Notes: a model not told the origin generated them from the letters alone. Positions 1 to 13,528 are shown, numbered from the stretch's first letter. The stretch is 64,000 bases of DNA from the human T2T-CHM13v2.0 reference genome, Homo sapiens (GCF_009914755.1 NC_060925.1), one strand, 5' to 3'. Program-made: numbers and translations.

Positions 1-260
1 ATACCCTCCTTCAAGGTCCACTAAGTAACCACTATGGACTTGGTGCAGTCTGTCATAATTTCTTACCTAGAATGCAATTCTTACTCATTCTTTCCCTCTT
101 CCCTTGCACTAGGAGAGAAAAGCTGTATATTCCCCTTTTAGTTTATTTTCTACTACATTTATATTGGATAAAAAGATAGGACCTGAATGAGAAAACTTTA
201 GTTAGGAGCAGGCATAGGGTTTTTCTCATTTACTCTTTTCATTTGCATCTCTAGAATAAT

Positions 261-284
261 GTCTTTTGTCTTCTTGTTTTCTAG
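261..284 (+). other. LRRC8D: 3' splice acceptor of the LRRC8D terminal exon
   Basis: Polypyrimidine tract gtcttttgtcttcttgttttctAG ending at 284, 2 nt before the ATG. Confidence 0.9.
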
Positions 285-286
285 GA

Positions 287-2863
287 ATGTTTACCCTTGC
301 GGAAGTTGCATCACTTAATGACATTCAGCCAACTTACCGAATCCTGAAACCATGGTGGGATGTGTTTATGGATTACCTAGCTGTTGTTATGTTAATGGTA
401 GCCATCTTTGCAGGAACCATGCAACTTACCAAAGATCAGGTGGTCTGTTTGCCAGTATTGCCATCTCCTGTAAATTCAAAGGCACATACACCACCAGGAA
501 ATGCCGAGGTCACCACCAACATCCCAAAGATGGAAGCAGCCACCAACCAAGACCAAGATGGGCGGACAACAAACGACATTTCCTTTGGGACATCTGCTGT
601 GACACCTGACATACCTCTCAGAGCCACATATCCTCGCACAGATTTCGCACTTCCAAATCAGGAGGCAAAGAAAGAGAAGAAAGATCCAACAGGTCGAAAA
701 ACAAACTTGGATTTTCAGCAATATGTATTTATTAATCAAATGTGTTACCATCTGGCCCTTCCGTGGTATTCTAAGTACTTTCCATACCTAGCTCTTATAC
801 ATACTATTATTCTCATGGTCAGTAGCAACTTTTGGTTCAAATATCCCAAAACATGCTCAAAAGTAGAACATTTTGTTTCAATATTAGGAAAGTGCTTTGA
901 ATCCCCTTGGACGACAAAAGCGTTGTCTGAGACAGCATGCGAAGACTCAGAGGAAAACAAGCAGAGAATAACAGGTGCCCAGACTCTACCAAAGCATGTT
1001 TCTACCAGCAGTGATGAAGGGAGCCCCAGTGCCAGTACACCAATGATCAATAAAACTGGCTTTAAATTTTCAGCTGAGAAGCCTGTGATTGAAGTTCCCA
1101 GCATGACAATCCTGGATAAAAAGGATGGAGAGCAGGCCAAAGCCCTGTTTGAGAAAGTGAGGAAGTTCCGTGCCCATGTGGAAGATAGTGACTTGATCTA
1201 TAAACTCTATGTGGTCCAAACAGTTATCAAAACAGCCAAGTTCATTTTTATTCTCTGCTATACAGCGAACTTTGTCAACGCAATCAGCTTTGAACACGTC
1301 TGCAAGCCCAAAGTTGAGCATCTGATTGGTTATGAGGTATTTGAGTGCACCCACAATATGGCTTACATGTTGAAAAAGCTTCTCATCAGTTACATATCCA
1401 TTATTTGTGTTTATGGCTTTATCTGCCTCTACACTCTCTTCTGGTTATTCAGGATACCTTTGAAGGAATATTCTTTCGAAAAAGTCAGAGAAGAGAGCAG
1501 TTTTAGTGACATTCCAGATGTCAAAAACGATTTTGCGTTCCTTCTTCACATGGTAGACCAGTATGACCAGCTATATTCCAAGCGTTTTGGTGTGTTCTTG
1601 TCAGAAGTTAGTGAAAATAAACTTAGGGAAATTAGTTTGAACCATGAGTGGACATTTGAAAAACTCAGGCAGCACATTTCACGCAACGCCCAGGACAAGC
1701 AGGAGTTGCATCTGTTCATGCTGTCGGGGGTGCCCGATGCTGTCTTTGACCTCACAGACCTGGATGTGCTAAAGCTTGAACTAATTCCAGAAGCTAAAAT
1801 TCCTGCTAAGATTTCTCAAATGACTAACCTCCAAGAGCTCCACCTCTGCCACTGCCCTGCAAAAGTTGAACAGACTGCTTTTAGCTTTCTTCGCGATCAC
1901 TTGAGATGCCTTCACGTGAAGTTCACTGATGTGGCTGAAATTCCTGCCTGGGTGTATTTGCTCAAAAACCTTCGAGAGTTGTACTTAATAGGCAATTTGA
2001 ACTCTGAAAACAATAAGATGATAGGACTTGAATCTCTCCGAGAGTTGCGGCACCTTAAGATTCTCCACGTGAAGAGCAATTTGACCAAAGTTCCCTCCAA
2101 CATTACAGATGTGGCTCCACATCTTACAAAGTTAGTCATTCATAATGACGGCACTAAACTCTTGGTACTGAACAGCCTTAAGAAAATGATGAATGTCGCT
2201 GAGCTGGAACTCCAGAACTGTGAGCTAGAGAGAATCCCACATGCTATTTTCAGCCTCTCTAATTTACAGGAACTGGATTTAAAGTCCAATAACATTCGCA
2301 CAATTGAGGAAATCATCAGTTTCCAGCATTTAAAACGACTGACTTGTTTAAAATTATGGCATAACAAAATTGTTACTATTCCTCCCTCTATTACCCATGT
2401 CAAAAACTTGGAGTCACTTTATTTCTCTAACAACAAGCTCGAATCCTTACCAGTGGCAGTATTTAGTTTACAGAAACTCAGATGCTTAGATGTGAGCTAC
2501 AACAACATTTCAATGATTCCAATAGAAATAGGATTGCTTCAGAACCTGCAGCATTTGCATATCACTGGGAACAAAGTGGACATTCTGCCAAAACAATTGT
2601 TTAAATGCATAAAGTTGAGGACTTTGAATCTGGGACAGAACTGCATCACCTCACTCCCAGAGAAAGTTGGTCAGCTCTCCCAGCTCACTCAGCTGGAGCT
2701 GAAGGGGAACTGCTTGGACCGCCTGCCAGCCCAGCTGGGCCAGTGTCGGATGCTCAAGAAAAGCGGGCTTGTTGTGGAAGATCACCTTTTTGATACCCTG
2801 CCACTCGAAGTCAAAGAGGCATTGAATCAAGACATAAATATTCCCTTTGCAAATGGGATTTAA
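287..2863 (+). CDS. LRRC8D: LRRC8D, volume-regulated anion channel (VRAC) subunit, 858 aa; entire CDS in one terminal exon
   Basis: MFTLAEVASLNDIQPTYRILKPWWDVF N-terminus, pannexin-like 4-TM region with the long LRRC8D first extracellular loop, C-terminal LRR array ending PFANGI; ATG 287-289, TAA 2861-2863. Confidence 0.98.
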   Translation: MFTLAEVASLNDIQPTYRILKPWWDVFMDYLAVVMLMVAIFAGTMQLTKDQVVCLPVLPSPVNSKAHTPPGNAEVTTNIPKMEAATNQDQDGRTTNDISFGTSAVTPDIPLRATYPRTDFALPNQEAKKEKKDPTGRKTNLDFQQYVFINQMCYHLALPWYSKYFPYLALIHTIILMVSSNFWFKYPKTCSKVEHFVSILGKCFESPWTTKALSETACEDSEENKQRITGAQTLPKHVSTSSDEGSPSASTPMINKTGFKFSAEKPVIEVPSMTILDKKDGEQAKALFEKVRKFRAHVEDSDLIYKLYVVQTVIKTAKFIFILCYTANFVNAISFEHVCKPKVEHLIGYEVFECTHNMAYMLKKLLISYISIICVYGFICLYTLFWLFRIPLKEYSFEKVREESSFSDIPDVKNDFAFLLHMVDQYDQLYSKRFGVFLSEVSENKLREISLNHEWTFEKLRQHISRNAQDKQELHLFMLSGVPDAVFDLTDLDVLKLELIPEAKIPAKISQMTNLQELHLCHCPAKVEQTAFSFLRDHLRCLHVKFTDVAEIPAWVYLLKNLRELYLIGNLNSENNKMIGLESLRELRHLKILHVKSNLTKVPSNITDVAPHLTKLVIHNDGTKLLVLNSLKKMMNVAELELQNCELERIPHAIFSLSNLQELDLKSNNIRTIEEIISFQHLKRLTCLKLWHNKIVTIPPSITHVKNLESLYFSNNKLESLPVAVFSLQKLRCLDVSYNNISMIPIEIGLLQNLQHLHITGNKVDILPKQLFKCIKLRTLNLGQNCITSLPEKVGQLSQLTQLELKGNCLDRLPAQLGQCRMLKKSGLVVEDHLFDTLPLEVKEALNQDINIPFANGI

Positions 2864-3680
2864 ACTAAGATAATATATGCACAGTGATGTGCAGGAACAA
2901 CTTCCTAGATTGCAAGTGCTCACGTACAAGTTATTACAAGATAATGCATTTTAGGAGTAGATACATCTTTTAAAATAAAACAGAGAGGATGCATAGAAGG
3001 CTGATAGAAGACATAACTGAATGTTCAATGTTTGTAGGGTTTTAAGTCATTCATTTCCAAATCATTTTTTTTTTTCTTTTGGGGAAAGGGAAGGAAAAAT
3101 TATAATCACTAATCTTGGTTCTTTTTAAATTGTTTGTAACTTGGATGCTGCCGCTACTGAATGTTTACAAATTGCTTGCCTGCTAAAGTAAATGATTAAA
3201 TTGACATTTTCTTACTATATCACCTTTTTTGAGGGGTCTTAATTTACTTTGCTTAATTGGTGCAATATTGCTTTAACTCCGTTCACTAAAGACAAACACA
3301 TCAAGTCCAAACTTGTAAATTTAGATTTGCTGAAATACTGATTTATTTCCTGTTTTAATTTAAAGTGCCTCAAGTAAGCACCTCTCACAACAGTTGACTG
3401 GTACTGCTGCTCCTGAGCACCTCGTGTCATAGATTTTATACTCTTACAGACTTGGAATGCAGTAGAGGTATGTGGATTTTTAGGGGTTTTGTTTTTTTAA
3501 GAATAAGTAACAAGAAATAACACATTTCTTAATAATAGCTTTTTTGACATAGTTTGGAGTTCTGATTATATGGTACATTTTTCTACCAGTAATATAGGGT
3601 TGCCAATAAATAGAAAATGTTTTCTAAAAATAAATTTTATTACAACAAAATAAAAATTTTAATGACTTATTAACACAACC
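2864..3680 (+). other. LRRC8D: LRRC8D 3' UTR (end approximate)
   Basis: AT-rich, repeat-free sequence between the stop codon and a poly(A)-signal cluster. Confidence 0.75.
3605..3654 (+). terminator. Cluster of three AATAAA polyadenylation signals
   Basis: AATAAA at 3605-3610, 3629-3634 and 3649-3654; GT/T-rich tract downstream (~3740-3770). Confidence 0.8.
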
Positions 3681-4665
3681 TCCAGTATCACCACCATTTG
3701 GAAGATAACACAGAATCACAAGTATCATTTAATTTCTTGCCCTTTTCAGTGTTGTTCTGGTGTTGGTGGGAAAATAATAGGAAATGTAGTTCATTGGGTA
3801 GGGAAACTCTTACCTTTCCCTATCTTAATGACAAGCTGTATTTTCTGTGTTTTTGTGCAGCTAGGCGTCATAGCCAGACAAATCCTAGGAGAATACACTT
3901 TTTAGATAATGATTTCCTTCATTATCTAACTGACCAGTATCTAATCAATCTCAGAAAAATCCAAAAAATTCCCTGCCACCTGTTTAGATATTAGTTGGCA
4001 GATGTTTCATAGGCCTTCTACAGGACTCTTCAAGAGAATAGAACAGTTTGGCACTCTGACAAAGTAGTGTCCTCTCGCTACAAAACTGGACTCACTTAAA
4101 CACTGGACTTTTGTCACTTCTAAGCACAGCTTGAAGGATTTTGCTGATAATGGGCAAAGATGGACTCATATCTTTGCTTTCCTCCCCAGAACTGAACTCT
4201 GGGAGTCCTGGTCTGTGGCCAATGGAGGTGAATCTTTGCCTGCCATAGAGCCTGTGAATGCTCTGAGAAGTATTATCACAAATAGAAAAGGCTGCATCCC
4301 CTGTAGCTGAGTCAGGAATTGACGCTGGCTCTGGCACCCTGGCCATTCCTTCTCCTCCTCAAAGGCTTGAGGTAGGGGACTAGCTTATTAAACATTTTTA
4401 AGCTTAAGTTTGAATAATCAGACAAAAAGCAGTGGCATATTTTCAGTACAGCAAATTCTTTTCTATGCATCTTCCAGTTGTCTCAGCATTCATTAATGTA
4501 TTCACTAGTGTTAATGATGTACCCTGGTGCCTATCTAATACAAGGAAGTAGGGATTCAGTGTTGGAATAAGTTCTGGCTACATGGAGGTTTATATAGCAA
4601 AGTAGAGAGATAAATATTAATTATGTAAATAATAGAAGTGTTTAATTACAATTATAGATGGTGTA

Positions 4666-5019
<354 letters not shown>

Positions 5020-7036
5020 TCAGGGAAGTTTTGTAGTTGTAAACGGTCCTGAACATTTCCCTTCCACCAGCCTTGTAGGGCACTGTTCTCCCTGCTTGGT
5101 AATGCCACCACCTGAAATTAGCACAGTATTTTTAGAAGGATGCCACTCCATCTTAGTTGTGAGATAAGGAGTCCAGATCTTAGGATCTTTGCTTTTAGGA
5201 CTGGAAAACTTGTCTTCCCTTTTTTAAACAAAACAAAACAAAACACCTTATTGAAGTATAATTGGCATATAGAAGGCCCTACATCTGTAAGGCCTTTACA
5301 TATGTACCTTAAATATGGTAGCAAACTACATCTCAATGAGCTGCCTTTCTTAAAACAAGTGTATGTTGTTTTTGAAGGGCAGGGGTGGCAGGATGCCACA
5401 GTTCACTTTGCTTTTCAGAGAAGAGCCATTCTGTAGGAACCACAATCTATGAGATAATCCCTAAGTTTGGCCACTGGCAGCCCTGCCCATAGGCTCCTGT
5501 TTCCTAAACACTACTTGGGGTTCAGTCACTTAGAACTGGTTGGTGTTAGATGCCTTCAAACAGTATCAAGGGGTACCTCTTTTACCCAAATTTCTGTTGA
5601 CTATCAGCCCTTACTAATTTCCTTGAACTCTGAAAAGTTCACGGTCAGTTGGTTTAAATGTCACATTCCATACCACTGTTTGCAAATAGGAATACTCAGA
5701 GAGTTCCTGAGAAATGCTGACTCATGCAACAGACTTTAAATATACTGGGTTTTGACACCTCAACAACAGAAAAAGAGTTGTGGGCCCAAATAGACTGTCA
5801 ACCTATGTGTCCTCGTGAATTTATGTTGGCATCGCATGGACCAGACATGGGAGAAAAACAAGTTAGTATGTATAAGCTTTGGCTTAATATTTTCATATCT
5901 TTCTACGAAGTCCGTTGAGCACCAATCTGAAGAAGAGTATTTAAAGTCTGTTTTTAAATATGCCATGTCTGGGTGAGTCTCTCAAAGTCTGAAAGAACTT
6001 GGTTTCCTTGTGGCTGTTTAATTTTTTCTCACTAGCAGTTAGTTGGCGTGACAGGATTGGCTCTTTCAAGGGTTCAGAAAGATGAGCCAAAATTGTCACA
6101 GGGACCTCATTCTTAGTAGTACAGATTTAGTAATTTAATAGTAGGCAGGAAGAGTTCATTCTATAATTCATGGCCAGCAAAGTCCTGACTGTTTGACATT
6201 TTTTTAATATAAAGAAAGAAAGCATATTCTTTCTTAATCCGTAATACTTTCTCTGTCTCCCCTGGTCTCTACTTCAACCAGTAACCAAAACTCTATAAGT
6301 TGCTGATGGCAGCAAACTCCAAAGTGCCCTTGAGGCCAACGCCCAATAGTTATTTCCATTCACCTTGTTGAATAAAAGCCAGAGTGCTGTCCTCTCGCTA
6401 AGATTTCTGCCAGCACTTGCGTCAGTAATTCATTCCAATAAAATGGTCCCTTTATCAACTGAATCCCCAAACAAAGGCTGTACTAACAAAAAGCTCCTTT
6501 CATGAAAAAAAGAAGGGGGGAAAAAAGAGCAAGCCCCTGGAAACCAGTTTTCAAAAGTCCTCTAACTTGTGACTGCAACACGAAGAAGTGGCCCCCTCTG
6601 ATCCTGGCCAGCTGCGGCTCTCTTAAAGGCTCCGGGTATTCAAGGCGGTATCCACTGGGGCACAGGGAAGGCTGAAGCCAAGGGGGCAGAAGGGCAGCAG
6701 GCCAGGAACCATCTGCCTCTCAGGCCTGGCCTAGCCTATCCTGGGGTGACAGTCACAGCTGAAATCATGGAAATAAGTCCCTTCACTCACAAAGCCAATA
6801 GCAGATGTCCATTCTTCATCCTTGTGTCTCTGGACATAAAATGTATAATCTGTTCCAGGTAAGCATCACCTTTCTTGTGGAAATTCATGGGATTATTTGC
6901 TGAGAGTTAATCCTGAAAAGTTTCATCCCATAGTCTCATCCACCCCCTCCTACTGCTGTGGGACCCCTGATGGTAGAAACTTCCCCAGCCCCACCTACTG
7001 CCACTGTAAGCTGTCCTTCCTTCACTCCTAAGATTC

Positions 7037-7250
7037 CAGGCTCTGGAGTGACAGTGCCTGGATTTGCATCCTGCCTTGGCCCCAGCTGTGTGACTGTGCG
7101 GAAGCTACTTACCTAAGCCTCAGTTTTTTTACTGTAAATGGGAATAGTCATAATGCCTACCAAATGGGTTTTATTGTGTGTGACAATTGAATGAGGCGAT
7201 TCATTTGAGGCACTGTGCCTGGCAGATAGTAAGTACGCAATAATACTATT
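7037..7250 (+). mobile_element. MIR SINE
   Basis: MIR core: tgtgtgact...gcctcagttttt...ctgtaaatgggaata. Confidence 0.75.
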
Positions 7251-7362
7251 GTTACTTTTATCCCCAGAGACTGTTGGCCTTCCCTAATATGCATTGTCTC
7301 CTTCCTTGGTAATGGAATTTTCAGTGGACACCTGGAACACAATAAAATGTGTATTTTTAAAA

Positions 7363-7790
7363 GCCAGGCAGTGGTGCATGCCTGTAGTCCCAGCAACTGT
7401 GAAGACTGAAGCAGGAAGATCACTTGAGCCCAGGTGTTCCAGTCCAGCTTGGGCAACACAGCAAGACCCTGATTCTTTTTAGAAAACAAAACAGGCCAGG
7501 CATGGTAGCTCACACCTGTAATCCCAGCACTTCACGGGCCAAGGCGAGTGGATCGCTTGAGGCCGGGAATTCGAGACCAGCCTAGCCAACATGGCAAAAC
7601 CCTGTCTCTACCAAAAATAACAAAAATTAGCTGGCGCAGTGGTGCATGCCTGTAGTCCCAGCTACTCAGGAGGCTGAGGCAGGAGGATCACTTGAGCCCA
7701 GGAGGTAGAGGTTTCAGTGAGCAGAGATGGGGCCACTGCACTCCAGCCTGGGTGACAGAGCAAGACCTTGTCTCAAAAAAACAAAATGAA
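7363..7790 (+). mobile_element. Alu monomer (FLAM/FAM-like, 7363-7492) followed by a full Alu (7494-7790)
   Basis: Monomer with A-rich end directly followed by a ggccagg... dimeric Alu. Confidence 0.85.
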
Positions 7791-7792
7791 AA

Positions 7793-8110
7793 CTATTTTC
7801 CAGCCTTCCTTGGGGCTAGATGTGCCATGGGGCTAGGATTTAGTTAAATTCTAGCCAAAGGAGTGGGAATGTAAGTGGAATGTGGGATTTCTGGATTAGG
7901 ACCTTAAAGGAAGGGCATATCCTTTCCCATTCCTGCTGCTTAAATTGCACATATAGAAATAAGCCCAATTTAGATTGTGCAGATCAGGGCAACAAATCAG
8001 ATGTGGCACAGAAGCACAGTAAAAGTCTGGGCCCCTGGTGACCTCAAGAAACAGGGTCATATAAAGGAGAAATAAATCTCTGTCCTGTTTAAGCCACAAT
8101 TTGGGGGCTC
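7793..8110 (+). mobile_element. Old MaLR LTR fragment (MLT1-like)
   Basis: ttccagccttccttggggctag... and aataaatctctgtcctgtttaagccac 3' motif. Confidence 0.55.
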
Positions 8111-8135
8111 TGATAGATGGAACAAATCCTGAAGA

Positions 8136-8301
8136 CCTTGCTACTCAAACCCGTGGCTGGACAGCCATAGCAGCACTGGGGGCTTGTTAGAAATGCAGAA
8201 TGTCAGATTCCTTTCCAGACTGATTGATTGAATCAAAATCTATGTTTTAACAGGTTGGTGTCCAGGTGATGTATAGGCAAATTAAAGTCTGAGAAGCATT
8301 G
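8136..8301. mobile_element. MER5A hAT-Charlie MITE
   Basis: cttgttagaaatgcagaat...gaatcaaaatct...caggtgat...aaagtctgagaagcattg. Confidence 0.75.
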
Positions 8302-8977
8302 TCCTAAATAACACACCTACGAAAAACAAATCAGTCATCAGAAATGGTGTTTCTTCCCCCACTGGGTTATGCCTCTCCCATCAGCCTTCTGCTGGGTTCT
8401 AGTGGGAGAGGCAGGAATTGGGGATTTTGTTGGTGCTTGTGGCTTAGACCAACTTCCACATCCCCATTTGCTCTTGCTAGCAGCCATGCTTTTCATGTCA
8501 CCATAGCAACTACAGAGCGGGGGGGAAAAAAGTGACAGTCATTGTGGGCTGCTGGAAGAGGTGGTGGCAATATAGGTCATCCTCCCAGTAGTGTGAGGTT
8601 TTGAAGGTCTATGACTGCCCCAATGGCATATGCACTTGTGCTAAGCCCTTCATTCATTGACACCCTTCACGTGCCCAGGTAGCTAAACTGTCCCATTCTG
8701 TTAATCTTCAGGCTGAGTCTGGCTTAGTTGCTTAAAGTTCAGTCGACCATGGGATAACCTGCGCATTCTGAGCCTTTTCAGAATGCTTCTGGAAAACTGC
8801 CAAATAGCCCAGCATGAAAATTAGCTAGAGTAGTTTTAGGGGAAGACCTACTCGAAGGAATCACACAGGTGTTACGCCAAGCTGCATAGATAATGTAAAG
8901 AAATACATTTTTTCAATTTGCCATTGAAAAACTATAAGTAATAGCCACATGTTTCAGTACTTTAAAATGAGGTTCTC

Positions 8978-9260
8978 CACTTTGGGAGGCCGAGGCCGGT
9001 GGATCACTTGAGGTCAGGAGTTCGAGACCAGCCTGGCCAACATGGTGAAACCCCGTCTCTACTAAAAATACAAAAATTAGCCAGGCATGGTGGTGCATGC
9101 CTGTAATCCCAGCTACTCAGGAGGCTGAGGCAGGAAAATCACTTGAACCCAGGAGGCAGAGGTTACAGTGAGCCAAGATTGCACCATTGCACTCCAGCCT
9201 GGGCGACAGAGCCAGACTCTGGTTAAAAAATACATACATACATAAAAATAAAAAAAAAAA
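8978..9260 (+). mobile_element. 5'-truncated AluS
   Basis: Begins at cactttgggagg; flanked by aaatga(g/a)gttct TSD. Confidence 0.9.
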
Positions 9261-9717
9261 TGAAATGAAGTTCTGCCTGAATGAAAACTTCAAGATGTAT
9301 CTCCAAGGGTTTAACCCAAGTATTTCCTGCAGCTTAGGCCTGTTACCTATCCGGCTTTGGTTATGATGGAAACATCTGGTTACTCTCCTGATGATAACCC
9401 TTCATCTTCCTGAAGATGGTGTTTAAATCACTCATCATCTCCACTTCCCAGAATGTTGTGAAGATTATGTCAGCATGGTGCCTAGCACTCCCTGGAGATA
9501 AATGTGCATAATCAAGAGTTTGCTATTAATTTATCATCATGGTAGGAAATTCAGTAAAGAGAACATTTTCATCTTTGCCTTAGAAGTAGCTGACACATGA
9601 ATTCAAGTCTACACCTTCCACGTATCAATCCTAAGTAACTGCTGTTCTTTAGGGGATTGATTATATGTTTTCAAGTTTCCATTTCTGAAGATAGAAGATG
9701 GTATTAGAAGTGAATTG

Positions 9718-10008
<291 letters not shown>

Positions 10009-11761
10009 GTGAATTGGACAATATAAGTAACAATCGTAATGGCTCCGACTGTATGCCAGATGGGCATTTGACTTGTATCACAGACAAACAGGGAAGTGTG
10101 AGTTACTTCCATTTTATACATAAACTGTGAAGTTACACAATCTGTCCAAGGTCACCCAGCCATCAGGAGACAGGGGCACTGCTAAATCAGGCAATGTGCA
10201 TATCTTGTCTCATTGAATCCTCACAAGACCACTAACAGAAAGGCATTGTCCTCATCTAAGAGATAAACAAACCTAGAGAATTTGACCTGTCTCTGTTCTC
10301 ACATTGTAAATAGCAGTTACTAGTCTCTGACGCAGGCACCCCTACAACCAGAGAGGTGTTGCTTATGCTCTTCCACTCAAATACCCAGCAGATGACTGGT
10401 GCTCTGTCAGCAATTCAAAAAGATGTTTTGAAATCTGTATTGACATCCGGTTACATAAATATGCCCCAAGCTAGGATTTTTCTTCATTCTTTAGCCTTAG
10501 AGAGAAGTTTTGATGTATCTCAGCATCTGTCCTTAGCATTACAACTTGTTTCCTCTGTTAGGCTGTTGACAGTCATGAAAGGGCAATCCACCCAAGGTAA
10601 TGTAATTATTTGCCCTCACTAAATGTTAAAAGCATGACCGTCTTTACTCATGGTCATTTACTCAGAAATGAGAAAGCTCTGTCTCAGCTGCTTGATGCAG
10701 AGTCAGTGTGGTAGAGAGTGACATTCAACAGATCCAGAAAGGTGGGTGCAGGAAAACACTGTAACATTTGCTAGGCCCTCTGGGCAGATGTGACTTTTCT
10801 TTCCAGCATGGCATTTCAAACATGGATTCTTCGGCTGTTCCCAACCCATGCGGCAGCAGGCGCCTGCATCGCCCTGACCTTTATTTTTACTGGATCTTTT
10901 CCTTTTTCTGTTGATGGTCACTGTACTCCACCATCTGGGCTGGGACAAGAAATCAAATATTTGTGGTCCACGGGGAGAAAGGACCCAGCTTCACATGGAA
11001 GAAACTGCTTAGAATAGAGGAAGAATGAAGAAAGTTGAGGAAAGTAACATTCCCACCCCTGCTGGTACATGTGTACCCTTTCCAGATTTGCATTTCAAAA
11101 CCTCCAGGAGGTTTCAATTTTTTTTTTTTTTTTTTTTTTTTTGGCCTACCTTCTTCCCTTTCCATTGTAATCTATTCTAATTCCTCACCCCAAATGAGCT
11201 CAGTTTGGCAGAGTGAATTTTAAACAAAACATGAATTGTCAGATGAAAAGCATTTGTGTGTGTTTTATATCTTTGACCCCTTGTAAAAGTGAGCAGAGCT
11301 TTTACAGGATAATACAGTTTATATACAATCAATATAAGCAGGAGAATCGTGCCATTCACCAGGACTAAAATTACAGTCAGTAGTGACCAAGAAAAGTCTG
11401 CTGACGGAGCAATAAGGAGCTCAGAGGAGGCCAGGAAAGATGTTTTAAAATATTGTAAACAGTTATTCTATTATTTACAGAATAAAATTAGCCCAATGAC
11501 ATATTCTAAGTATGGCCTCAGTTCTTCTGCCAGCCAGAGCTAAAGCCATAGCAAATAACACATGTGCTCAATTGCAATGAATTGAGACCTATTGCAGGAG
11601 TTGCTTTTGAGAAGATTACAAGAGGTTCTAAGTTGGTTCTACTCATACTGAGTTTTTAGTTGCTAAAATCCTCCTCATTATATGAAACTAAGTTAATTTT
11701 CTTAGCCTAAGACTTAACTCCCTCTGTATAAAAAGCCTCCTGCCAGCAGCGTGACCACCTA

Positions 11762-11990
11762 CTCTGTCGTTAGAGCTGGGAAGCTGCAGAATATGGTGGT
11801 TAGAGTTTAAGCTACTGGAACTGCCTCCTTAAAGGCAAGTTACTTAACAGGGGTGTGTTTTTGCTTTCTCATCTGTGAAAAGGGGTTAATGATAATATTT
11901 ACCTTGCAGCATAGCTGTGTAGATTAAATGAGTTAACACATGAATTGCTTAGGACAATGCCTGGCATGTTGAATGTTTAATACATTTAAG
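11762..11990 (+). repeat. MIR-containing segment, copy 1 of a local duplication
   Basis: MIR core ctcatctgtgaaa.ggggttaat; aligns with 13822-13993. Confidence 0.75.
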
Positions 11991-12395
11991 TGGTTTTCGT
12001 TAATAATATTTCTATAATATTTGAGAGATGTATCCATCATTTAAGCCTGGAAAATAAAGCTATTCAAATGCAAGATTATACAAGAGATAAGGAAATGGAC
12101 ACTGCCCAAGTAAGAACTAATTTTGCCTTTCTCTCAAAAGACAGCAAAGACAAGTCACTGGTGATTTAATATCTCACAGACATCTTTTCATACATGTATT
12201 ACTTTGTGTATTTTGCTTAGCAAATCAGGGGATTCAGACATTGTAATACCAAGAACCCTCTTGGGTTGCCTATGATTCTTTGTAAGTAAGTTCTCTGAAC
12301 TTGGGTCAGACCCAGTGACCTACTGGCGAAAGACCTGAAGACAGATTTTCAAATAGCTGCAAGGAACTCTGACTTGGGGTAATTTATTGAGTCTT

Positions 12396-12765
12396 TGTCT
12401 TAGCCTTCTTGGTGTTGCTATAACAGAACACCAAAGACTGGGTAATTTATGAAGAAATTTACTTTTCACAGTTCTGGAGGCTGGGAAGTCCAATATCAAA
12501 GTGCCTGCAGCAAGGACCTTCGTGCTGCATCATCCCATGGCAGGAGACAGAAGCGCAAGAGAGCAGGAGAGCCAGGGCAAGAGAAAGAGGGCTAACCTCA
12601 TCCTTTTATCAGGAGCCCACTACTGCAACAACAGCATTCAACTGTTCATGAGGGCAGAGCTCCCATGACCCAATCACATCTTAAAGTTTCCACCTCTCAA
12701 CAACGTTGCATTGGGGATTAAGTTTCCAATACATAAACTTTGGGGTACACATTCAAACCACAGCA
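12396..12765 (-). mobile_element. MaLR solo LTR (MLT1A/MST-like), ~370 bp
   Basis: TG...CA termini, cacagttctggaggctgggaagtccaa motif, 5-bp TSD gtctt/gtcct. Confidence 0.85.
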
Positions 12766-13246
12766 GTCCTCAATAAGGAATGTTGACTGTTTTCGTTGGG
12801 CAGGGAATAAGGAATTTGCTTCTGGGCTGACCAATATTTTGTATCTCTTTTTTGTTAACTTGAAACTTAGACTGGTCATTGGGACTAAAAGTGTTCTACC
12901 TTTTTAGTCTATTAAAAAAGATGAAAATTCATCTCTGTGACCACAGATATTAATAGTTGGTCATTTGCGTTCTTCAGAGGATTCATTTGAAATATACTTA
13001 TGTTCGTAGTTTTAAAATATATGATCCATAAAAGCCCAAGTTTACAGAACAGATGACTAAGGGTATGATTTTCAAAACGAAAATAATCTTTTCTTCTATT
13101 CATCAGGGTCAGCTCCTCTAGAACTTAGAAAAAAAATGGTTATATACAATGTTTAGGAAATGAAACCATTGGTCACAGCAAAGCATACTTGCAGCACTTT
13201 TAGAATGAGCACTTTAGACAGAATGCTCATTTTAAAAGTACTGTAC

Positions 13247-13528
13247 AGCCAGGTGTAGTGACTCACGCCTGTAATCCTAATGCTTTGGGAGGCCGAGGCA
13301 GATGAGTCATTTGAGCCCAGGAGTTTGAGACCAATCTGGGCAACATGGTGAAACCCCATCTCTACAAAAAATAATTTAAGAAACACTAGCTGAGCGCAGT
13401 GGTGTGCGCCTGTTGTCCCAGCTACTCAGGAGGCTGAGGTTGGAGGGTTACTTGAGCCCAGGAGGTTGAGGCTGCAATGAGCCAAGATTGCACCACTGCA
13501 TTCTAGCCTGGGTAACAAAGAGAGACAC
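13247..13528 (+). mobile_element. AluJ lacking a poly(A) tail, fused to a MaLR 3' remnant (~13535-13580)
   Basis: Alu body ends agagacac, then tatggcattttctgatggcagcc...actaataca. Confidence 0.8.

Noticed and set aside
266-286. 7-aa N-terminal extension (MSSCFLG) of LRRC8D in the ORF track
   Set aside because: Starts at a TTG inside the intronic polypyrimidine tract; the acceptor is at 284 and the true ATG at 287
352-2929. Many short antisense and alternate-frame ORFs over LRRC8D
   Set aside because: Shadow ORFs of a long coding exon with no independent signals
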